Numbered from the whole stretch's first letter, positions 51,815-60,568 are shown. The stretch is DNA of 61,952 nucleotides, filler included, from 3 parts of 3 records of this genome joined end to end with filler, not necessarily neighbours in it; one strand, 5' to 3'. The notes: generated from the letters alone by a model not told the origin. Numbers and translations: made by a program.

Positions 51815-53032
51815 TTAGTGTGTGGTTTCTTTATCGGAAAGCATGAGCTTTCGCATTTCATCCAAATAAATGCCTTCTTCGAGGGGAACAAGGTTCTTCG
51901 AGAATTCCAATACGGTCTTTACATCCTCTTTGACGTTATTGATGTCCAAGGTCATATCACAATGCTCATCCAAGGCCAAAATACATACATTAAGGGTCGA
52001 CCGTAAGGTGCAGAACAAGCTAAAGTGACTGTGCATATAGACATGGTTGAGGTAATACCCTTTTTTGGTGCACCGATTTGCAGGTCTCATCATTGCAAAG
52101 TTATCCTCGCTCAATTGCCTAATCGTGTCCAATAAGTTGGGCTCTTCTCTGTTTTGGGTTTCAGGGGAAGTCTTTGTTCCACTTGTAATAAGCGTCTTTA
52201 AAAGTTCAAGTTCCTCGTCGAACAATTGCCTGATCTCATCCAGAAAGCTTTCAAGCTTTTGTTCCAAAATGTCCAATTGATCTCGTTCCATATGGAAGGA
52301 GTTATCATACCTTGAACTGGAATAGGCCCTATCCAATAGTTCCAATAATTCCATCTCCTTATTATCCTCAAGATTGAACATTCCCTTTGTTCGGTGTATG
52401 CTCCTTTCCATGAACTTTTGATGGACCTCTATCTTATGGCATATTTTGACCTTTCCGTAGAGAAAGCCCTCCAAGACCCGGTACCCTAGTTCAAAGCTTT
52501 GATGGGCCATAAAGGCAGCTTGGGAAAAGTTGTTGTCCGACATGAAGTACTTGAAGCCCTTTTGAAAGGCCAAACAGCCTTCCAAGGATTTTTGAAAGTC
52601 CCCTTGGATGTTTTGCAGGAACTTCTCATTGGTTCGGTCTTCAAGTTGGTGCCAAGGAAAGCCAATGTCCCGATTTCCAAATATGAGATGTTCGATACGA
52701 CAATTGTTGTTGAAATACAGATTTCCATTTGCCAATTCCGTTTTGGCATAAACAAGTGAAAAGACATTATGAAAGTCATCTTGATAATCATGGAACAACC
52801 CTTGGACAATCGGAAGAAACTTGTTGCTGATGTCACTTTTGGGTGCGTCAATGATGATGTTCCACCTGAATTTAAAGGTGTTCTTTTTTTCGTGGCCCTT
52901 GTTCAGATAGACCTGTACGACACTTGGAATTACCTTGATGAGATTTGATAAAAGCCCTTGAATCCGAGGGTTGAGCTGTTTCTTTTTTTGCTTTCGGGAG
53001 TCCATATTTCGATGTTTTAAGGTGATATTCAA
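51815..53032 (-). CDS. HEPN-domain protein (degenerate nucleotidyltransferase-like N-terminus, HEPN, C-terminal repeated domain)
   Basis: HEPN signature QAAFMAHQSFE...LYGKVKICHKI...LLELLDRAYSSSRY. The upstream part has a LANGNLYF segment typical of MNT-HEPN fusions. The ATG at 53005 is the more likely start. Confidence 0.8.
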   Translation of the reverse strand: MNITLKHRNMDSRKQKKKQLNPRIQGLLSNLIKVIPSVVQVYLNKGHEKKNTFKFRWNIIIDAPKSDISNKFLPIVQGLFHDYQDDFHNVFSLVYAKTELANGNLYFNNNCRIEHLIFGNRDIGFPWHQLEDRTNEKFLQNIQGDFQKSLEGCLAFQKGFKYFMSDNNFSQAAFMAHQSFELGYRVLEGFLYGKVKICHKIEVHQKFMERSIHRTKGMFNLEDNKEMELLELLDRAYSSSRYDNSFHMERDQLDILEQKLESFLDEIRQLFDEELELLKTLITSGTKTSPETQNREEPNLLDTIRQLSEDNFAMMRPANRCTKKGYYLNHVYMHSHFSLFCTLRSTLNVCILALDEHCDMTLDINNVKEDVKTVLEFSKNLVPLEEGIYLDEMRKLMLSDKETTH

Positions 53033-53039
53033 TCCGATT

Positions 53040-53056
53040 GTATAGATATTCTATAC
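53040..53056. promoter_or_regulatory. Palindromic candidate operator GTATAGA-TAT-TCTATAC
   Basis: Perfect 7-bp inverted repeat between the divergent HEPN and HTH genes, with an extra half-site TTCTATAC at 53081-53088. Confidence 0.6.
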
Positions 53057-53158
53057 TAATGTATAAAATAAATACTCATTTTCTATACAGATTTAATAAA
53101 TTTTTATATAGATGTACGTAAAATCTATCTTTATGTATCAAAATTTTACATTATTAAA

Positions 53159-53374
53159 ATGACAGACCTAGGATTATATTTGGCCAAAAAGTCCATCAAT
53201 AAAGCGGAAGTGGCGAGAAGGACCGGAATCAGTAAATCAAGGATAAGTCAATTAAGTTCCAACCCTACCACGAAACTACGAGCAGAGGAACTCTACCTTA
53301 TATCATTGGCCATTGATGTAGACCCCTGTGAAGTATTCAAGGAATTGTATGGGGATGTGAAACTTCCAAATTGA
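53159..53374 (+). CDS. XRE/Cro-family helix-turn-helix transcriptional regulator
   Basis: 71 aa MTDLGLYLAKKSINKAEVARRTGISKSRISQLSSNPTTKLRAEELYLISLAIDVDPCEVF, a classic XRE HTH. Confidence 0.9.
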   Translation: MTDLGLYLAKKSINKAEVARRTGISKSRISQLSSNPTTKLRAEELYLISLAIDVDPCEVFKELYGDVKLPN

Positions 53375-53644
53375 CCTTTTGCCTCGGTTAGAATATTAGT
53401 TTGTCTCTGATTCGAAGTTGGCGACAACATGCTCACTGTTTTAGATTTCCAATCAGCAAAAAAAGTGTCAGATTATAGTAATAACAATTATAGACTCAAT
53501 ACTCGAGTTATATAAGCAGTAAAATGATGATTTTTATGAATATAGCGATGTCCCAACTGGGATAAACTTATAATGGGTATGTAAACCAATCCAAAAATTA
53601 ACAAATCGAGTAGAATAGAGTTAAATATTGTTAAAAAACGTAGT

Positions 53645-53665
53645 GTTTGCAAATTGTTTGCAAAA
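53645..53665. repeat. TGTTTGCAAA tandem direct repeat (possible integrase arm-type sites)
   Basis: tgtttgcaaa-t-tgtttgcaaa just downstream of the tRNA terminator. Confidence 0.5.
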
Positions 53666-53699
53666 AAATAAGCCTCAGAAAGAGAAACTCTCTGAGGCC
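53662..53699 (-). terminator. Intrinsic terminator of tRNA-Arg
   Basis: Stem GCCTCAGA...TCTGAGGC followed by a T-run on the minus strand. Confidence 0.75.
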
Positions 53700-53712
53700 C
53701 TATTAATACTAG

Positions 53713-53786
53713 TGATCGCGATAGGATTCGAACCTATGACCGTCTGCTTAGAAGGCAGATGCTCTATCCAGCTGAGCTACGCGACC
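53713..53786 (-). tRNA. tRNA-Arg(TCT)
   Basis: GGTCGCGTAGCTCAGCTGGATAGAGCATCTGCCTTCTAAGCAGACGGTCATAGGTTCGAATCCTATCGCGATCA folds as a cloverleaf with anticodon TCT. CCA is not encoded. Confidence 0.97.
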
Positions 53787-53800
53787 AAACTTTGCGGGTG

Positions 53801-53808
53801 CAAAGATA
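53801..53808 (-). promoter_or_regulatory. Bacteroidota -7 promoter element TATCTTTG
   Basis: Matches the TAnnTTTG consensus about 15 nt upstream of the tRNA. Confidence 0.7.
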
Positions 53809-53890
53809 CTAATGTAACCGATTGTAAAAAATATTTTTTTAATTTCTTGCCTTTTTTATAGCTAGTGCTCTACAACCGTTACGCTAGTCT

Positions 53891-54757
53891 TTATTGAAAG
53901 CCTATATTTTTCAAGCCTTTATGACTGATTTTAATAACCTCCAAAGGTTTTTTATCCCAAGTCATATCTTGCTCAACAAAGTATTTGACCATTCCGGAAG
54001 CTTCTTTTTCATTCAAAATTCTCTTGAAGTCAATAGTACCTTCACCAACAGGAGCAAATTTCCCCTCTTCGTCCATGTCCTTTACATGCCACAGCTTGAA
54101 TCTTCCCGGGTATTTTTCGAAATAGGCTACTGGGTCTGCGCCTGCTCTTGTTACCCAATATAGGTCCATTTGGAAGTTTACATATTTTGGATCTGTGTTA
54201 TCCAACAAATATTCAATTGGCTTGATTCCATCTTTGTTGTCCTTGTACTCAAAATCGTGATTATGATACAATAGCTTTAATCCTGCAGCCTCACATTTTT
54301 TACCCAGAGTTGTAAGGATATTCGCAAAATCTTCCATAGAGCCTTTCATACCCATGGTCCTACTCTCACGATCAAAAGTGAACATCCCCATTGGTGGCAC
54401 TGGTATTGTGAAGTATTCAAAGCCTGCAGCCTTGGTATCTGCTATTTGTTGGTCGGCATTTTCCAAAGTTACTCCGCCCATATGTGTACTAACAGGAGTC
54501 AGTCCAACACTTTTTAAATACGATTTGAACTCATTCGGTTCCATCCCATAAAACTTTCCATTCTCATACCCAGCGGCCTCGATATAAGCATATCCGGCTT
54601 CGGCAACTTTTTGTAACGTCGTTTTGGGATCTTCACCCATGTTCTCTCTTACCGTGTATAGAGCTAAACCCCCAAATTTATCTTGGGCGTATAAAGTGGT
54701 TGTAAAAAGAACCAAGGCAAATGCAAGTATTCCTTTGGTCAATAAAGTTCGTTTCAT
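53891..54757 (-). CDS. Sugar phosphate isomerase/epimerase (xylose-isomerase-like TIM barrel), secreted
   Basis: Signal peptide, then GLALYTVRE, YHNHDFE, FQMDLYW, HVKD, GEGTIDF and FVEQD motifs. Confidence 0.9.
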   Translation of the reverse strand: MKRTLLTKGILAFALVLFTTTLYAQDKFGGLALYTVRENMGEDPKTTLQKVAEAGYAYIEAAGYENGKFYGMEPNEFKSYLKSVGLTPVSTHMGGVTLENADQQIADTKAAGFEYFTIPVPPMGMFTFDRESRTMGMKGSMEDFANILTTLGKKCEAAGLKLLYHNHDFEYKDNKDGIKPIEYLLDNTDPKYVNFQMDLYWVTRAGADPVAYFEKYPGRFKLWHVKDMDEEGKFAPVGEGTIDFKRILNEKEASGMVKYFVEQDMTWDKKPLEVIKISHKGLKNIGFQ

Positions 54758-54831
54758 CTGAAGTGTTTGTAGTTAATTTCGGTTATTTATGCAGCCACAA
54801 GATACTGATTATTGGTTTTATGAACTATGCG

Positions 54832-54876
54832 GAAAAACAAAGAATCCGTTAAATAAATACAATCTAACGGATTCTT
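54832..54876 (-). terminator. Intrinsic terminator after the YceI operon
   Basis: AAGAATCCGTTA...TAACGGATTCTT 12-bp stem followed by TGTTTTT on the minus strand. Confidence 0.75.
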
Positions 54877-54896
54877 CGAGCACTGAGCGATACACG

Positions 54897-55496
54897 TCAA
54901 ACCTCACTCATTTGCAGTGTTATATGAACTTTTATTTGGTCATCTACCTTGATCATGCCCAGCATTTTTTTGGGAGCTTCCAAATTAAAGTCGCTCAGCT
55001 TCAATGCCAAGGTTCCCGTTACGCAAATATCCTTGGTCTGCTCACAATGCAAGACGGTTCGATAGGTGCGGGACACACCTGCTATTTTAATTTCCAGGCC
55101 AACACCTACGTTGCTCTGATTGGTCGATAGAGGTTCCACATAGATCAGTTTCAAACCAACTTGTGGATATTTTTCGGTCTTGAGCAACTCCTGAAAATCC
55201 TTGTTGATGGCCCTCCCCCCACAATCAAAACAATCATTCACCAACTTTAGCTCCGCATTCTTAAAAAGAATCTGTTCCGATTTTTCATCATAGTTCAACC
55301 GGATGGGCACTTCCAACGCCTCCAAATTATACTTGCAGGTAAAATTATTTACATTGGTGGTCCCGGCAATCACGACTTCGCTCTGTGGTTCTACGCGAAC
55401 CTTTGTTTCCCGTTCTGGGTCACCAAAAGAAAACCATGATATGAGCAACAAGGCCACCAATGTTATTTTTGTCATATGTGGTATGGAGGTTAACAT
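54897..55496 (-). CDS. YceI-family protein
   Basis: Signal peptide, S.V.IAGTTNVN.F.C, FDCGGRAINKDFQELLKTEKYP and LSDFNLEAPKKMLGMIKVDD. Confidence 0.8.
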   Translation of the reverse strand: MLTSIPHMTKITLVALLLISWFSFGDPERETKVRVEPQSEVVIAGTTNVNNFTCKYNLEALEVPIRLNYDEKSEQILFKNAELKLVNDCFDCGGRAINKDFQELLKTEKYPQVGLKLIYVEPLSTNQSNVGVGLEIKIAGVSRTYRTVLHCEQTKDICVTGTLALKLSDFNLEAPKKMLGMIKVDDQIKVHITLQMSEV

Positions 55497-55525
55497 AACA
55501 GTTAAATATAATAATTTTAATATCC

Positions 55526-55555
55526 AAGACCTAGAACATGGCTGCCCTAGGTCTT
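55526..55555. terminator. Intergenic hairpin (partial terminator or mRNA stabiliser)
   Basis: AAGACCTAG...CTAGGTCTT between the porin and the downstream YceI. No strong U-run in the transcribed direction. Confidence 0.5.
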
Positions 55556-55574
55556 TTTAAAACTCCCATCATAC

Positions 55575-56837
55575 TTAGAAGCTGATAACGGCTTCCAATA
55601 AAACCCCTTTAAACTCACCTTCGCTAAAGATGCTTGTGGTGTCGTATCCATCATACTGTTGGTTAACATATTCTATTTTGGCCAAAATGTTCTTGGTCAA
55701 GAATATACCACCACCTAATTGGAATCTATCAATGGTTACTTCTGATCCTGATGGATCATCAGAGTTTACCGTGTTGTATCGTGTACCCAAATAGAAATTT
55801 TCGTTGTTTCCAAATCTGTAGATCAATTCACCTGCCAATTGAGTGGCCTTCCTGTCCTCGGTTTCACCATTGGACCTTCCTGAAGCAGTTTCAATGGTAC
55901 CGAAGAATTCCAATCCTTTGTATTTTACAAATGGGTTGATCATAAAGGCAGTGATTTCATTGTTGAACCCAGGGTTGTATCTACCAGATCTAAAGTTGCT
56001 TGTGGCAGATGCTTCTGTATCCTCCATCACCAAGTAATATCTAGATCCCGCACGGTCTGCACTGTATAGGTAAACCCTACCGGACTTGTTGGTGCTGTAC
56101 ATGGAACCGGTAAGTCTCAATCTCAAATCTTCATTTATCTGTCCATCATAGCCCAATTTGGCCAAAATGGAAGCTCCTGTGGTTTCTGGGTTGGTCACTG
56201 CTTGGTTCAACTTACCGTTGGAAAGTCCGAACATTCCGATGAAGCCATTTTTTCTGAAGTAGACCTCGCCACCTACCTCTGTGGTGAAAGCATCCATGAT
56301 CAAGTTGCCCACAAAGGGGTTGTGCATTGCTTGGGAGTTGTCCGTTCTTCTAAAGTGGGCATCACCATAGTTATTCTCCATGTGACCCACCTTAATGGTC
56401 AAATACTTCATGGTTTCTTCCAAGAATCCAGGGCTAATAAAATCCAAGTTGTCCACTTGAAAATATCCACCTTTTACGTAGGGTTCTGGGTGGTGACGAG
56501 AAGACAAATATGTTCTTAAGTGCATTCTAACACCTTTGGCCAAGGCCACATCCAAATCCAAGTTCGCAGTTGCCAAGTTAAAGTTATCACCGATAGCAAT
56601 AAGTTCCACGGCTCCCGAGTTCTCATGATCTACGGCTTGAAATTGTAAAGTGGATGACCCTCCGACCCTTACTTTAACTCCATCAAAAGTGCTAACGGTG
56701 TCTTTAGGTGCTTCAAAAACATTTATTCCATTTTTGTCAGGTGAACGAAAATTGTCCAGTTGACGATTTTGGGAATATCCCATAAGGCCTACAAGAAATG
56801 TAGCTGCCAATAATCCGAATTTAGTGTATTTCCTCAT
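55575..56837 (-). CDS. Uncharacterised outer-membrane beta-barrel (porin-like) protein
   Basis: 420 aa with a signal peptide, alternating amphipathic strands and C-terminal ...LLEAVISF (terminal Phe). Confidence 0.75.
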   Translation of the reverse strand: MRKYTKFGLLAATFLVGLMGYSQNRQLDNFRSPDKNGINVFEAPKDTVSTFDGVKVRVGGSSTLQFQAVDHENSGAVELIAIGDNFNLATANLDLDVALAKGVRMHLRTYLSSRHHPEPYVKGGYFQVDNLDFISPGFLEETMKYLTIKVGHMENNYGDAHFRRTDNSQAMHNPFVGNLIMDAFTTEVGGEVYFRKNGFIGMFGLSNGKLNQAVTNPETTGASILAKLGYDGQINEDLRLRLTGSMYSTNKSGRVYLYSADRAGSRYYLVMEDTEASATSNFRSGRYNPGFNNEITAFMINPFVKYKGLEFFGTIETASGRSNGETEDRKATQLAGELIYRFGNNENFYLGTRYNTVNSDDPSGSEVTIDRFQLGGGIFLTKNILAKIEYVNQQYDGYDTTSIFSEGEFKGVLLEAVISF

Positions 56838-56872
56838 TGTTGTAGATTTATTAGTTGAGTATTAAGATTAAA

Positions 56873-57499
56873 TTATTTCCAAACGGTGTTATAGTGAACC
56901 TCTATTTCATCACCTGTGGTAATGGTACCCAAAAGGGCTTTTGGAGGGTCAATATTGTAATCGGTCATTTTCAAAGCTTTCTTACCTTCCAGCAACACCT
57001 TGCCCCCATTAATATTTAGGTTAAAAGGAAGCTCAATGCTGTTAGTACTTCCTGCAATGGTAAGGTTTCCCGTAGCTACCACCTTGTACTTGTTGGAAGT
57101 AGCGGTAATCGGTGAAATACTTTTCATACTTTTGAACTCAAATACAATTTGCTTGTGGTCTTTGGTTTCCAACGCCTTGTAAGTATTCTTGTCCATAGCT
57201 CCTTTGCCACTCTTTAAACTCTCTGCTTCCACGACAAACTTCAGGGAAGTTATTTTTGGCAACTCTCCAGTGTTGTCCATGGTGATGGAACCCGACTTTT
57301 GTTCTGCAACTTCTTCCCAATCATGAAGCGTTGAAGTTCCAGTTACCGTAACCTCCCCTTCCCCATTATTAAGTGAAAAGCTTTGTGCGGAAATTGTTAG
57401 TGGTACAATTGTAAATGCTATCCAAAGGATAACCACTTTTAAAAGTGACTGTCGATGTGTTGTATGATATTGCATAGTTTTTGGTTTTTGTTGGGACAA
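56873..57499 (-). CDS. YceI-family protein
   Basis: VTGTSTLHDW, SLKSGKGAMDKNTYKAL, GNLTIAG and MTDYNIDPPKALLGTITTGD. The ATG at 57475 is a probable start. Confidence 0.88.
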   Translation of the reverse strand: MSQQKPKTMQYHTTHRQSLLKVVILWIAFTIVPLTISAQSFSLNNGEGEVTVTGTSTLHDWEEVAEQKSGSITMDNTGELPKITSLKFVVEAESLKSGKGAMDKNTYKALETKDHKQIVFEFKSMKSISPITATSNKYKVVATGNLTIAGSTNSIELPFNLNINGGKVLLEGKKALKMTDYNIDPPKALLGTITTGDEIEVHYNTVWK

Positions 57500-57527
57500 A
57501 GATCCATTATCAAAGTTTCCTAAAAGA

Positions 57528-57539
57528 TGATATATGTCA
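57528..57539. promoter_or_regulatory. Candidate CRP/FNR-family box TGA-N6-TCA upstream of yceI
   Basis: TGATATATGTCA, upstream of a GATCTTTG -7-like element on the minus strand. Confidence 0.5.
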
Positions 57540-57728
57540 GGTTTTTCCTAAAATCCTGTTATTTAGTTATTTAGACTAAATAATATTTTTACTTGTTGAT
57601 AATCAACTCATTATAGCACCATATAAATTACAAACCTCTAAAAGTCAAAAAACCAGCTTGAGACAATGTTTCCAGGAGCTTCAAAACGAACGAAATGCAC
57701 AGGAAAGACTTTTCCTCAGGTAAAACCC

Positions 57729-57740
57729 TGATTTTTATCA
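57729..57740. promoter_or_regulatory. Candidate CRP/FNR-family box TGA-N6-TCA upstream of ppdK
   Basis: TGATTTTTATCA, about 23 nt upstream of a TACTTTTA -7-like element. Confidence 0.5.
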
Positions 57741-57814
57741 TGTTCTGAGGATGAGATAGCTGCTACTTTTACATATCGATTTCAACATATCTCAATCTCT
57801 AAATAGATGTTCAT

Positions 57815-60535
57815 ATGGAAACATTAATAGAAAAGCAGCCTAGCGTATTTGCCTTTGGCAACAAAAAGGCCGATGGCAGACGCGACATGAAAAACTTGCT
57901 CGGTGGTAAAGGAGCCAACTTGGCCGAAATGAGTCGAATTGGAATTCCTGTCCCCCCTGGCTTTACAATAACCACAGAAGTTTGTGCACAATACAACGAG
58001 GAAGGGAAAGAATCCGTAATCAATAGAATAGAACCTGAAGTACGGGACGCAATAACAACCATTGAGGAAACTATGGGGGCTATTTTTGGCGATGACGAAA
58101 ATCCACTCCTAATTTCTGTCCGTTCCGGTGCACGGGTTTCCATGCCAGGAATGATGGATACCGTCCTCAACCTTGGTTTAAACGATGAATCCATTAAAGG
58201 CATCATTAAAATGACAGGCAACGAACGCTTCGCATGGGATTCCTACCGCCGTTTCATTCAAATGTATAGTAGTGTGGTGATGGGACTCAAACCAGAATCC
58301 AAAGACGACTTAGATCCATTCGAGGAAATCATTGACCATTTAAAGGACAAACGAAGAATTGACCAAGACACCCAATTTACCGTGCAAGATTTGCAGGATT
58401 TGGTATATGACTTTAAGGATATTGTTCAAAAAAGGACCGGAAAACCTTTCCCTACCAATCCATGGGATCAACTTTGGGGCGCCATTGCCGCTGTTTTTGA
58501 TAGCTGGAACGGTGACCGTGCCATTTACTACAGAAAAATGAACGGATATCCTGAAGGTTGGGGCACCGCAGTGAACGTCCAAGCTATGGTATTCGGCAAT
58601 ATGGGTGACGATTCTGGAACCGGGGTGTGCTTCACCAGGGATGCAGGCACAGGGGAAAATGTGTTCAACGGGGAATATCTAATCAACGCACAAGGGGAAG
58701 ATGTGGTTGCCGGTGTCCGTACGCCACAGCAAATTACGCTCTTGGGGTCACAACGCTGGGCAAAACTTGCTCAGGTAGAGGAAGAAGAACGTAAAGAAAG
58801 TTACCCATCTTTGGAAGAGTTGATGCCCGACATTTACAAGGAACTGTTTGAATATCAAAATAAACTGGAAACCCATTACCAAGACATGCAGGATATGGAA
58901 TTTACCATTCAACAAGGTAAACTTTGGATCCTACAGACCCGTAACGGAAAACGAACCGGTGCCGCCATGGTGAAAATCGGCATGGATTTGCTCAAAGAAG
59001 GATTAATAGATGAAAAAACGGCCTTAATGCGCATAGAGCCCAACAAACTAAACGAACTGTTACACCCTATCTTTGATCTAGAAGCCTTGCAGGAAGCCAA
59101 CGTTATTGCCCAAGGTTTGCCGGCATCTCCTGGTGCGGCCACTGGACAAATTGTATTCTTTGCAGATGAAGCGGACAAATTCAAGTACAGTATTTTGGTT
59201 CGTGTGGAAACCTCGCCCGAAGATGTGGAAGGAATGAACATTGCCAGGGGTATTGTTACCGCTCGCGGGGGTATGACCTCCCATGCCGCGGTCGTCGCCA
59301 GAGGTATGGGTAAATGCTGTGTATCTGGTGCAGGTGCATTAAAGATCAACTATAAGACAAGAACCCTTAAAGTAGGTGACCACGAATATCACGAAGGCGA
59401 TTGGTTATCAATAAATGGTTCCACCGGAAATATCTTGGAAGGTAAAGTAGCTACCAAAGAACCCGTATTGAGCGGGGAATTTGCCGAGTTGATGGAACTA
59501 TCCGATAATTACGCCACAATGGAAGTCAGGACTAATGCCGATACGCCCAAAGATGCGTTGATAGCACGAAACTTTGGTGCAAAAGGTATTGGACTTACGC
59601 GCACAGAACATATGTTCTTTGAAGTAGACCGAATTAAAGCCATGCGCGAAATGATCTTGGCAGACACCATAAAAGGCCGTAAACAAGCATTAAAGGAATT
59701 ACTTCCCATGCAACGAAACGACTTTGAAGGAATTTTTAGGGCCATGGATGGCTATCCCGTAACCGTTAGATTGCTAGATCCGCCTTTACATGAATTTGTA
59801 CCTCATCAATTGGCCACCCAAAAAGAATTGGCCGAAGAACTTCATATTTCTTTGGCTGCCGTAAAAGGTAAAGTAGCCGAGTTGGAAGAGTTCAACCCCA
59901 TGATGGGACACCGTGGATGTAGATTGGGAAATACCTATCCTGAAATCACAGAAATGCAGACCCAGGCCATTTTGGAAGCAGCCCTCAAAGTGAAGAAAGA
60001 AGGTCTCACAGTCAAACCTGAAATTATGGTGCCACTGGTAGGTACCGTAGAGGAGTTTAACCAACAAAAGGCAATAATTGATGCAATGGCTCAAGAAGTC
60101 TTCAAAAAACGTAAAGATACCGTGGAATATTCCGTAGGCACCATGATGGAGACCCCAAGGGCCACATTGATTGCAGATAAAATTGCCGAAAATGCGGATT
60201 TCTTCTCTTTCGGAACCAATGACCTTACCCAAATGACTTTCGGGTATTCTAGAGATGACTCCGGAAAGTTCCTGCCAATTTATCTTGAAAAAGGTATTTT
60301 GAAACATGACCCTTTTGAGGTATTGGACCAAGAAGGTGTTGGACAATTGGTGGAAATGGGAACCCAGTTGGGCCGCAAGACCAAATCCGATCTAAAAATA
60401 GGTATTTGCGGTGAACACGGCGGTGAACCCAATTCCGTCGCATTCTGTCAAAAAGTGGGCATGAACTATGTGAGCTGCTCTCCCTTTAGAGTGCCTATTG
60501 CCCGAGTGGCGGCAGCACAAGCAGCAATTTCATAA
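57815..60535 (+). CDS. ppdK: Pyruvate, phosphate dikinase
   Basis: 906 aa with LLGGKGANLAEM, SVRSGARVSMPGMMDT, catalytic GGMTSHAAVVARG, FSFGTNDLTQMT and GICGEHGG. Confidence 0.98.
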   Translation: METLIEKQPSVFAFGNKKADGRRDMKNLLGGKGANLAEMSRIGIPVPPGFTITTEVCAQYNEEGKESVINRIEPEVRDAITTIEETMGAIFGDDENPLLISVRSGARVSMPGMMDTVLNLGLNDESIKGIIKMTGNERFAWDSYRRFIQMYSSVVMGLKPESKDDLDPFEEIIDHLKDKRRIDQDTQFTVQDLQDLVYDFKDIVQKRTGKPFPTNPWDQLWGAIAAVFDSWNGDRAIYYRKMNGYPEGWGTAVNVQAMVFGNMGDDSGTGVCFTRDAGTGENVFNGEYLINAQGEDVVAGVRTPQQITLLGSQRWAKLAQVEEEERKESYPSLEELMPDIYKELFEYQNKLETHYQDMQDMEFTIQQGKLWILQTRNGKRTGAAMVKIGMDLLKEGLIDEKTALMRIEPNKLNELLHPIFDLEALQEANVIAQGLPASPGAATGQIVFFADEADKFKYSILVRVETSPEDVEGMNIARGIVTARGGMTSHAAVVARGMGKCCVSGAGALKINYKTRTLKVGDHEYHEGDWLSINGSTGNILEGKVATKEPVLSGEFAELMELSDNYATMEVRTNADTPKDALIARNFGAKGIGLTRTEHMFFEVDRIKAMREMILADTIKGRKQALKELLPMQRNDFEGIFRAMDGYPVTVRLLDPPLHEFVPHQLATQKELAEELHISLAAVKGKVAELEEFNPMMGHRGCRLGNTYPEITEMQTQAILEAALKVKKEGLTVKPEIMVPLVGTVEEFNQQKAIIDAMAQEVFKKRKDTVEYSVGTMMETPRATLIADKIAENADFFSFGTNDLTQMTFGYSRDDSGKFLPIYLEKGILKHDPFEVLDQEGVGQLVEMGTQLGRKTKSDLKIGICGEHGGEPNSVAFCQKVGMNYVSCSPFRVPIARVAAAQAAIS

Positions 60536-60568
60536 AAAAAGAAGACCTGACCGTTCTATTTTTTTTAA

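Larger units (their letters stand above)
50201..53712. mobile_element. tRNA-proximal end of a probable genomic island / integrative element (integrase not in window)
   Basis: Accessory-type genes (HEPN, XRE HTH, small hypotheticals) lie immediately 3' of tRNA-Arg, with a TGTTTGCAAA direct repeat beside the tRNA terminator and core metabolic genes on the other side. Confidence 0.55.

Noticed and set aside
52200-52560. HEPN as a Cas13/RloC-type RxxxxH ribonuclease
   Set aside because: No RxxxxH motif is evident in the HEPN core and there is no CRISPR array; the motifs fit the MNT-associated HEPN class.
53628-53861. 77-aa ORF
   Set aside because: It lies antisense across tRNA-Arg and its terminator, a well-known type of spurious call.
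57595-57607. GTTGATAATCAAC palindrome as an FNR box
   Set aside because: Half-site spacing is 1 nt rather than the 4 nt of TTGAT-N4-ATCAA, and similar AT-rich palindromes are frequent in Bacteroidota intergenic DNA.
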